64,000 bases of DNA from a virus (taxonomy: Duplodnaviria > Caudoviricetes), in IMG/VR virus record IMGVR_UViG_2687453341_000003, positions 32,001 to 96,000 of that record. One strand, given 5' to 3'. A model generated the notes under the pieces. That model was given only the letters and a program-made list of their open reading frames with translations, was not told where the DNA came from and searched no databases. Of this stretch, positions 56,885 to 64,000 are shown piece by piece (the stretch's first letter is position 1; each line of letters begins with the position of its first letter). The translations under genes were made by a program, and so were the position numbers.

Positions 56885-58969
56885 CTAATCCTTCATCCCT
56901 TCGCGTTCCTCACGCTTCTTTTCTTTCGCGATCTTCACGAGTTCCCCGGTGTTCTTCGCCGTGGATTCCATCGCGGTATTCCTGCCTAATCCGGATAGCA
57001 TCGAACCGAGTGCTGAGAACGTTCCGGAATTCGGTGCACCACCCTTTACCGCACCCGTTGCTCCTGCAAGGAGTGCCTGCGGGCCTCCCGCCATTTGCTC
57101 TGCGCTCGCTTCTTTTCTCTCTCGTTCCGCATTGGCGGCATTGAGTGCGTTGTTAAGAGCTTCCTGGGCCTGCCGGGCCTTATCTCCGAGAGTATTCAAA
57201 CCTTGCTCGGCTGCCGCTTGGTTGGCCTCTTGTTGGTATTGATTCAACTCGTCTTGCAGCTTCTTCTCCGCAGCGGCTCGTTGGCCCATATTGCTAAGGT
57301 TCGCGGCGTCACGTCGTCTCATGCTGGCGTTGTAGGCCTTGTCATCTTCTCGTTGGGCTTGGGCCTGCATTTCCGAGAGGACATTTCCGATCCCTTGACC
57401 GTTGAAGCTTTCTCGAACTGTATTGAAGAGGTCTTTCTTACCGATGTACTCAAAGATGGGTTCGAGGTAGCCGAGCAAATCATAGAACCGTTGGCCAATC
57501 CAAACGATGGATTGTGCGATGCCAAACACCATCGTGCGAAAGGCAGTGCGCATCCCCCACACGATGCCATCCCAAACCGTCCCCATACCGGTAGCTGCCA
57601 TGTCCCAAAAGAACTTGATTCCATTCCACGCCTTCAAGACCGTCAAACGAACGTTGCCCATGGCGATGGCTGCCATCAGGTCCCATCGCCCTGCGAGAAT
57701 TGCTTTACCGATGGAGCCAGTCGCTTCCCATACCCCACCGAGCAACGAATCGAGAGCAGTCCAAGCGAGAGCTTGAAACCCAGCCCAAGCGATCGCGGCA
57801 GCACCTTCAATATCGCCGGATCGCATCGCGGCCACGATTCCGTTGAAAGTACTTGTAAAGATCCCCCATAGAACCATTAGTGCGTCAATCGCAGGCTGGA
57901 TAAATGCGATCAGCGGAGCCAATAGGATGGCCAACTCGGACCGAAACGAATAGGCGGCGACAGCCAGCCCCACGAGGATGCCGATGAGAATTCCCATCGG
58001 GCTCAGAACAAATGCGGCCACGGCAACCAGTGACCCGATTGCGGAGCCAATCAGCCCGACAGCGAACGATGCTCCCATGATGACAGCACCGAGCCCCATG
58101 AATGCCCCCGCAACCGAGACGACCACGAGAGCCACGGTACCAATCGTTTGGAACAACTCCCCATTCTTCTCCACGAAGTTGGTGATGACCTTCGAAAGCG
58201 TGATTCCAATCTGGGTGAATGTCTTCAGCGTTGGGAGCATTGCATTGCCAAGTGCCCGAGCAACGATCGCGGCATTATCCATCAACGTGGAGAACAACCC
58301 GGTGAGTGTCGCGGACTGCTTCTGCATCATCCCATTGAACCGACCACCGGGCCCGGAAGCGGAAGCAAAAGCCGTGGCGAGCATTCGAGAGGAGATTTGA
58401 CCTGCTTCCATTTCCTCGGAAAGCTTGGCCATAGATTTGCCAGTGATCCGCGAAATCTCCTGAAGTGGATTGAAACCGGCTTCAATCATCTGATTGACTT
58501 CCTGGCCCATCAGACGACCTTTACCCATGACTTGGCCAAATGCGAGAGCGAGGCGGGAAAAACGCTCGGCATCTCCTCCCGATACATCTCCGAGATTCCT
58601 AAGCGTTGGTAACAGGGCGTCGGCGCTCACCCCAAAATTGAGCAACGTTTGTGCACCGTCTTTGAGTTGGTCGAATGTGAATGGGGTTTCAGCCCCCAAC
58701 TGCTCGATCTCTTTGAGCTTCTTCTCAGCGAGGTTTGCATCGCCGAGGAACACCGCAAAGGATGTCTTCGTTTGCTCCATGTTGGCAGCGAGCTTGATGG
58801 GCCATGCGAGCGCAGCCCCCATCCCGGCGCCAATGACACCGCCACTCGTTGCCATCATGGTACCGAACTGTCGTAGTCGTTTCTCAGCTACTTTGAGGCC
58901 CTGCTGCATGCGGTCTCGAATACTCAAGAGGACGTGAGCTCTACCCGCTTCTATGTCTTTGGCTGCCAT
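56885..58969 (-). CDS. Tape measure protein
   Basis: IEAGRAHV, ETPF, AFGQVMGKGRLMGQEVNQ, hydrophobic core, Ala/Gln-rich helices. Confidence 0.93.
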   Translation of the reverse strand: MAAKDIEAGRAHVLLSIRDRMQQGLKVAEKRLRQFGTMMATSGGVIGAGMGAALAWPIKLAANMEQTKTSFAVFLGDANLAEKKLKEIEQLGAETPFTFDQLKDGAQTLLNFGVSADALLPTLRNLGDVSGGDAERFSRLALAFGQVMGKGRLMGQEVNQMIEAGFNPLQEISRITGKSMAKLSEEMEAGQISSRMLATAFASASGPGGRFNGMMQKQSATLTGLFSTLMDNAAIVARALGNAMLPTLKTFTQIGITLSKVITNFVEKNGELFQTIGTVALVVVSVAGAFMGLGAVIMGASFAVGLIGSAIGSLVAVAAFVLSPMGILIGILVGLAVAAYSFRSELAILLAPLIAFIQPAIDALMVLWGIFTSTFNGIVAAMRSGDIEGAAAIAWAGFQALAWTALDSLLGGVWEATGSIGKAILAGRWDLMAAIAMGNVRLTVLKAWNGIKFFWDMAATGMGTVWDGIVWGMRTAFRTMVFGIAQSIVWIGQRFYDLLGYLEPIFEYIGKKDLFNTVRESFNGQGIGNVLSEMQAQAQREDDKAYNASMRRRDAANLSNMGQRAAAEKKLQDELNQYQQEANQAAAEQGLNTLGDKARQAQEALNNALNAANAERERKEASAEQMAGGPQALLAGATGAVKGGAPNSGTFSALGSMLSGLGRNTAMESTAKNTGELVKIAKEKKREEREGMKD

Positions 58970-58981
58970 CGAATTCGATTC

Positions 58982-59545
58982 CTATCTGGTGACCCAGAGA
59001 TTTCCAATGGTGCCCGCTTTGATTTCTGCGTCCAACGCGGGCCCCATGAATGGACGAGGTTCATAACGAGCCATGTAATGGACCTTTTCAGCGTCCTTCC
59101 AACGTTCCCCTTTTCGATCACCGTACAGCCACACACCCGATATCGAACTGGTTCTCTCTCCTGTGAGCCTCGTTTTGGTGACCATCGAAGTACCGCCCTT
59201 TTCGAGCAGCTCGGGGACGGTCCTGCGGTTGGACCGCTTTAGCCTGGCACTCGGTACCACACGAGGACCGATGACAACGGATTCCCAATCCTTGCTGAGA
59301 AAGAACAGGATGTTGCGAAGGTTTGCGAACGAATCTCGCGAACGAACGCTCGGAGGTTCTCCCGGCTTCGAAACTCGCTTTCGGCGGCGAAGAATGGCCG
59401 TGCGTGCTCTCTGCCGAATGAACGCCCCGGCCTTCGACAACCGTTTATGATTCTCTGCCGTTATCGCGTTGATAACTCGAGCGCGATCGAAGAAGAGATC
59501 TTTCGCGCTCGCGTGGATATTGAACTCGGACGCTATCTTTGCCAT
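58982..59545 (-). CDS. HK97 gp10-like tail completion protein
   Basis: LSKAGAFIRQRA, SKPGEPP, SVVIGP, RPFMGPAL. Confidence 0.75.
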   Translation of the reverse strand: MAKIASEFNIHASAKDLFFDRARVINAITAENHKRLSKAGAFIRQRARTAILRRRKRVSKPGEPPSVRSRDSFANLRNILFFLSKDWESVVIGPRVVPSARLKRSNRRTVPELLEKGGTSMVTKTRLTGERTSSISGVWLYGDRKGERWKDAEKVHYMARYEPRPFMGPALDAEIKAGTIGNLWVTR

Positions 59546-59548
59546 CGG

Positions 59549-59797
59549 TCAGGCGACCTTTCCACGTCTCTTCAGACGCTCGTATTCGTGTTCGATCGCA
59601 ATGGACCCGTATTCACTGCGACGTTTCCGATACGGATTCAAATCAAACGGATGCACGGATTCCGTGCAATGAATGACCTGCAACATCGCGATCCGATCCC
59701 ACGATTCTCTTTGATACGCGAGGTACATCGTTCGCAACTCGCGAGCACTGTAAGGGCCGGGATCCACTTGAAGAATCCCAGACCATTCGAAAATCAT
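59549..59797 (-). CDS. Tail assembly chaperone, T-like part
   Basis: GILQVDPGPYSAREL, FDLNPY; in the -1 frame relative to the upstream chaperone, also ATGA-coupled. Confidence 0.65.
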   Translation of the reverse strand: MIFEWSGILQVDPGPYSARELRTMYLAYQRESWDRIAMLQVIHCTESVHPFDLNPYRKRRSEYGSIAIEHEYERLKRRGKVA

Positions 59798-60336
59798 CTT
59801 CCAGCACTGTCTAGCAAGCTTCCGGGCTTTGCCTCGAGCGCGTCGAATTCGGCGTTCATTCGCTCGATCGCTTCGCGTTCCATTCTGCTGGCCAGTTTCT
59901 GCGTCCGCTGATCGGCGATCGCTGCGGCCTGTTCCATGATCCGATTCGCCGATTCCATTGCCCGCTCGGCCACGACGGCGTAATGCTTGTGGCCGAGACG
60001 GCGGAAAAAATCGGCAAAGGAGTACTCGATCGAGGACTGCATGGATGTAAACGAATGCTCTTCCTGCGTCAGCAGATCGGAGAATTGCTCGTAGCACATC
60101 CCTTTATGCTGCCACTCATCTCGCATCATCTCGGCGACGAATTCGATCAGCGAGAGTGGTGATGAGAACAGCTTTTTAACCGTTTCGGGGTTTAGAACGT
60201 CGATTCCATCCCCTTTTAGACGTCGAGCTTTGGAAATGGTGATTCGGAAATCCCACTTTGATCCTGCAGCATCGGTCCAGGTAGTTGTTCGGAGAGAATC
60301 GGGTCGGGGTTCGACGGTGTCAATTGATTGAGACAT
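59794..60336 (-). CDS. Tail assembly chaperone, G-like
   Basis: WTDAAGSKW, ADFF; upstream of the tape measure. Confidence 0.7.
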   Translation of the reverse strand: MSQSIDTVEPRPDSLRTTTWTDAAGSKWDFRITISKARRLKGDGIDVLNPETVKKLFSSPLSLIEFVAEMMRDEWQHKGMCYEQFSDLLTQEEHSFTSMQSSIEYSFADFFRRLGHKHYAVVAERAMESANRIMEQAAAIADQRTQKLASRMEREAIERMNAEFDALEAKPGSLLDSAGR

Positions 60337-60488
60337 GCTTCGGCAATCTTGTCGTGCACAGGTAACGCGACTTCGTCCCCGTAACCCTCATGGGCCTTGA
60401 CCGTATTCCGAATGGCGATCCCGTGATCGAGCTTTGGGTCGATGGTCTTTTCAATTGAACGGAGTTGGCCGAGGGTAACGGTTTGCAT
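60216..60488 (-). CDS. Hypothetical protein
   Basis: 90 aa, first ORF of the minus-strand module; overlaps the next gene by about 120 bp. Confidence 0.4.
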   Translation of the reverse strand: MQTVTLGQLRSIEKTIDPKLDHGIAIRNTVKAHEGYGDEVALPVHDKIAEACLNQLTPSNPDPILSEQLPGPMLQDQSGISESPFPKLDV

Positions 60489-60723
60489 GATGTCGCCATG
60501 TGCGAAGTGGATGGATCTCTAAGAATAAATTCGCAAGGTTGAGCCGAAGGCATCCAACCTCGCGAATACACCACGTTGGACGAACGTGGCCAACAACGGA
60601 GGAGTCATGCCTAGACCATCTCACGAATCGCATGTGGTGTCCCCTCGGGCTGAAGACTCCGTCGTTAGAAAGTAACTCCGCAGTGCGCACCGCGATGATG
60701 CGCCGATATGGTCCGCTGCTAGG

Positions 60724-61239
60724 ATGGGACCCGTCACGCGGGCGGAAAAGCATGATGCAGCGAATGGATTCGCTCCGCCCGCGTTCTTCAAACTCGATAG
60801 GGCACACAGGATGGATGCGAAATCGGCTTTCTGGGCAGCAATCAACTACCTGGCGAAGAACCGCTTTGATCGCGAACAGCTACCACCTGGCGAAGCCGAA
60901 GTCGAGCTCACCGTATCGGGCACAGTTCGAGCAAAGGGACTTCGCAAGAAGGCCATCTCAGAATCCTTCGTTGGAAAGCTGAACATCGCGGAGGATCAAA
61001 CCTCCGCATGCTCCAGTGCTCCTAACGCGGCCCATCTGATCGCGTTATTGCTCGCCGATCATCCCAATGCTGAGCGAGCATTGCAAAACGTCGAGGCCTA
61101 CTTCGCACAGCACAAAGCCCTCAAGGCTGTTGGGGCGGAAAAGATCGCGGCTATCGACCTGGTGCTAAAGCGTCTACGCCAGGTCGCAAATGTTACTAAG
61201 TCTGGATCCATCACCTTTAAGGTTCTAACCAATGAATGA
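60724..61239 (+). CDS. Hypothetical protein (start may be 60811)
   Basis: Ordered globular composition; overlaps the next gene. Confidence 0.7.
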   Translation: MGPVTRAEKHDAANGFAPPAFFKLDRAHRMDAKSAFWAAINYLAKNRFDREQLPPGEAEVELTVSGTVRAKGLRKKAISESFVGKLNIAEDQTSACSSAPNAAHLIALLLADHPNAERALQNVEAYFAQHKALKAVGAEKIAAIDLVLKRLRQVANVTKSGSITFKVLTNE

Positions 61240-61480
61240 TGCCATCGCTTCCATTCTCAAATCTCGTCGCGCTTGGGCTCTCATTGTCGGGGTTCTCGTC
61301 GTGGTCTTCCAATCCAAAACAGGGATGACGCCTGACCAGGTCCAAGCGATCTGGCAAACGATGTTGGCCTACGCAGGGATCGAGACCATTCGGTCCTCGA
61401 AAGACGGATCTCTTCCGATTCTTGAACTGCTCCGGTCACTCTTGGATTCGAAAAAGCCGGATCCTCCAGCACTGAGTTAA
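61232..61480 (+). CDS. Holin-like membrane protein
   Basis: LKSRRAWALIVGVLVVVF plus a second hydrophobic helix, 82 aa. Confidence 0.65.
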   Translation: MNDAIASILKSRRAWALIVGVLVVVFQSKTGMTPDQVQAIWQTMLAYAGIETIRSSKDGSLPILELLRSLLDSKKPDPPALS

Positions 61481-61528
61481 GCAACTCAGCCCGAACAATT
61501 TCATCTTCGTTCCGAGCGGATCACCACG

Positions 61529-61846
61529 ATGGCCACCCTACGACGACTGCAAAAAATCCGCCTGCGACATATTGCACGCGAGAAGTGGAATCGCCATTGC
61601 GAGTCTGCCAGAGTTCCATCCGCTGCTGAATTCGAAGGAGAGTTTGGAACCGAAACCCAGCATCCTCTCATCGTCGCCGTGAAGAAGGATCCAAGAGTCG
61701 CTGGGATGGATGTCGAGACGATCTTGTTAATGCTTCAGCTCGCATGGTTGCTTTACCAAGTATGGTCACGGTGGAAGCAACCCGAACCATCCACCGTGAT
61801 CGATGCGGAGGAATGGCGAGTCATGGGAGAATCGATCGATGACTAA
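61529..61846 (+). CDS. Hypothetical membrane-associated protein
   Basis: TILLMLQLAWLLYQVW segment. Confidence 0.65.
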   Translation: MATLRRLQKIRLRHIAREKWNRHCESARVPSAAEFEGEFGTETQHPLIVAVKKDPRVAGMDVETILLMLQLAWLLYQVWSRWKQPEPSTVIDAEEWRVMGESIDD

Positions 61847-62261
61847 AGCATCACAGCCGGTCTCTCCCATCGCGATCATTGTCCCGATTGCGATCGCAAT
61901 CCTTTTTTTGCGCTCGCTACCCGAATCGTCCGCCCCAGGACCTCTCCCCACTCCCGACAACGTACCGATCGCCAAGACGATTGAGGACGAAACCGTGGAG
62001 ATGATGCGTCGAACGAGCGAGGGCTATCGCCGGGTGTTCGCCGATGCGGCCGTAGAGATTGGAACCGCGATCAAAACGGAAGAGCAGCTGCTCCGTTTCC
62101 TCGCCGAAAAAACCAAAGCGGTTCGAGAGGAGGCCAAGAGTGGCTTCGACAATGCGTTTGAAAAGGCAATGCCTTTTCAAGGTGAAATCCCGGAAGAGAA
62201 GTACGACCAGGCTCGTGCTGTACTCGAGCGCGTTTCCAAAGCCTTCCCGAGGATCAAATAA
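61839..62261 (+). CDS. N-terminally anchored helical protein
   Basis: TM IAIIVPIAIAILFL, Pro linker, helical C-terminus. Confidence 0.7.
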   Translation: MTKASQPVSPIAIIVPIAIAILFLRSLPESSAPGPLPTPDNVPIAKTIEDETVEMMRRTSEGYRRVFADAAVEIGTAIKTEEQLLRFLAEKTKAVREEAKSGFDNAFEKAMPFQGEIPEEKYDQARAVLERVSKAFPRIK

Positions 62262-62263
62262 TC

Positions 62264-63088
62264 ATGACCGTATTCACCGGCTATGCGATCCAGCGCGAGA
62301 GACGTGAGGAAATCCGATCGACGGCGATCAACCTGCCGTTCACCGTCCGTGATTACACTCCGCCCGAGGAAATCGACCCGCGTCAACTGGTACGACACGA
62401 TCTGCAGGGCAACATGGGATCGTGTGGCGGATTCGGTAGCACGAATTGCGGGGAACGCCTGTTCATCTACGCAATGGGTGAAAGCAAGTACTCGGCCGAG
62501 CGACAATTTTCGCCGTTGTTCCAATACCTCGAAGCTCAACGCTTCGATGATCTCATTGGTCGAGACGATGGATCCACAATCGCGGGACATCTCCGAGCAG
62601 CTCGCGAGGTAGGCTACTGCCCCCTCCGGCTTTGCCCTTACGTCACCCCGTATCCGCGTAACGCCAGGTCCTTAATAACGGCGGAGATGCGAAAGGCTGC
62701 GGAGCCATACCGGATTCAGTCTCACACCTGGTGTGAGTCCTACGACGATTGCTTCAACTACCTCGCATCGCGAGTCGGAACTCTGTTGTTCGGTACCTCT
62801 TGGAACGACTCGTTCTACGCGCCCAATGGACAACTCGAGCGCGTGCGTTTCACTCGCTTCGACGGTGGCCACGCATACGCAGTGCTCGGTTACTCCAAGC
62901 GAAAAGACTCGCGTGGCAGGAACTATCTCTGGCGACTCAATTCGCACCAGGACTCCTACACGGAGATATCACCTGCTGCCATCGATCAAATGTGCGCTCA
63001 CCCCTACACCGCAATCGTAGGTATGAGCGATCTCTCAACCCCACGACCTCGTAACGTCGATTTCTCGAAAGAAAGTGTGATTGGATGA
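62264..63088 (+). CDS. Papain-like (C1) cysteine peptidase
   Basis: QGNMGSCGGFG (Q and catalytic C), GGHAYAVLGY (H), RLNSH (N). Confidence 0.88.
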   Translation: MTVFTGYAIQRERREEIRSTAINLPFTVRDYTPPEEIDPRQLVRHDLQGNMGSCGGFGSTNCGERLFIYAMGESKYSAERQFSPLFQYLEAQRFDDLIGRDDGSTIAGHLRAAREVGYCPLRLCPYVTPYPRNARSLITAEMRKAAEPYRIQSHTWCESYDDCFNYLASRVGTLLFGTSWNDSFYAPNGQLERVRFTRFDGGHAYAVLGYSKRKDSRGRNYLWRLNSHQDSYTEISPAAIDQMCAHPYTAIVGMSDLSTPRPRNVDFSKESVIG

Positions 63089-63765
63089 AAACCAAACGAA
63101 TGGGATGTAGCTCGGTACTTCTTGTCTTCGCATGCTTGGCACTGGGAATGTTTCTCGGCTGCCAGACCACCGCAGATTATCCGCGAGCTCCGGAGCCACC
63201 CCCAAGTCTCCCGGCTTCAGCAAAACAAGTCAGCTTCGATGTGCGACATATGACTTTCTCCCCGCTTAGCGAGGATGGCTCGATCGACATGTCACTTGTC
63301 ACTGAAGCTCGCCTCGAGAAACCGCCCTCGTCGCCGGAACCCTCCCCATCACCAGATGGGAGCGGCAGTAAAAGCCCCCAGTCTGCATTCGACGAGCGCA
63401 TTGATGCACTGGAGCAACAAAGCGTTGAAACCGATGGACGCCTCGACGATCTCGAGGCACGCGTCGATCATCTCGAACGGCCGTCGGCGAATAAGACGAT
63501 CGATCCGGAGGCTAACTTGGTTCCGTCGGTACCGAAATGGTCCGCTGTCGGAACGGGCACGAAAACGTATCAATCGCCAAAGGTGTGCCCACCGGAGGGC
63601 TGCCCGGTTCCTGGCCCATCAACGTCGGTTTCAACCTCACTCGAGAGAGTTCTCGAGACGAGGCCGGTAAAGTCGCCACGCGTGCAGTACTCCCAATGTC
63701 CCCCCGGTGGCTGCCCGCCCAAACAATCGACGGTGAAACGGTCTCGCTTCCTGCGTTGGAAGTGA
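63085..63765 (+). CDS. Pro-rich putative lipoprotein
   Basis: Signal ending FLGC, coiled coil, CPPEGCP and CPPGGCP motifs. Confidence 0.7.
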   Translation: MKTKRMGCSSVLLVFACLALGMFLGCQTTADYPRAPEPPPSLPASAKQVSFDVRHMTFSPLSEDGSIDMSLVTEARLEKPPSSPEPSPSPDGSGSKSPQSAFDERIDALEQQSVETDGRLDDLEARVDHLERPSANKTIDPEANLVPSVPKWSAVGTGTKTYQSPKVCPPEGCPVPGPSTSVSTSLERVLETRPVKSPRVQYSQCPPGGCPPKQSTVKRSRFLRWK

Positions 63766-63814
63766 TTCGTTTCGTCTTGAATGCCCGATGTCCACGCCTC
63801 CCAAGGTCCACGCC

Positions 63815-64000
63815 ATGGATTCTGCAATGAACTATCTCAACAACGGCTTAGCAGTCGTTGTCCTCATCGCCATCGGCGTGGGAGCTTGGAAACTCGCCCA
63901 CGTAGCGGGAGGCGCCATTTCGAATGGCTGCCGCAAAACCTTCGATGAGTTGATTCTGCCCCTGAAGGATTCCGCCATCAACCACTTGAAGCGAACCGAT
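63815..64000 (+). CDS. Partial small membrane protein (runs off the window)
   Basis: Hand translation MDSAMNYLNNGLAVVVLIAIGVGAW..., open to the window end. Confidence 0.55.
   Translation, partial: MDSAMNYLNNGLAVVVLIAIGVGAWKLAHVAGGAISNGCRKTFDELILPLKDSAINHLKRTD

Noticed and set aside
60636-60685. Hammerhead or twister ribozyme (CTGAAGA and TAACTCCGC present)
   Set aside because: The required stems and core could not be assembled around these words; kept only as a generic structured element.

Overview
An entirely mobile, accessory window, probably from a planctomycete (inferred from the gene families and their arrangement, not from a marker gene). It holds two different lambda-portal prophage-like elements on either side of a tRNA-Asn 3' fragment, a likely att site at 42.8 kb. 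Left element (about 1.65-40.7 kb): an IS-truncated portal, a GNAT/DUF1778 toxin-antitoxin pair, terminase, a 4-kb opposite-strand cassette, a ParB-methyltransferase, primase and recombination genes (one with an intein), an ECF-like sigma factor, a DUF2924/large serine recombinase module, DUF5131/TcmP, and a type I R-M plus ABC-ATPase/HNH defence cluster. A class C group II intron sits behind the terminator next to the tRNA fragment. Right element (43.1 kb to window end): head genes, tail tube and fibres, a convergent tape-measure module and a papain-peptidase lysis-like cluster. Most notable: (1) an Erv1/ALR-type sulfhydryl oxidase directly after a 17-Cys tail-region protein; (2) a stop-free 4-kb antisense frame running from the MTase stop to the pre-terminase gene across seven genes that all share one codon register; (3) a type II hammerhead ribozyme; (4) a four-copy bipartite promoter-like motif. 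All product calls come from motif recognition by eye; no database search was run.
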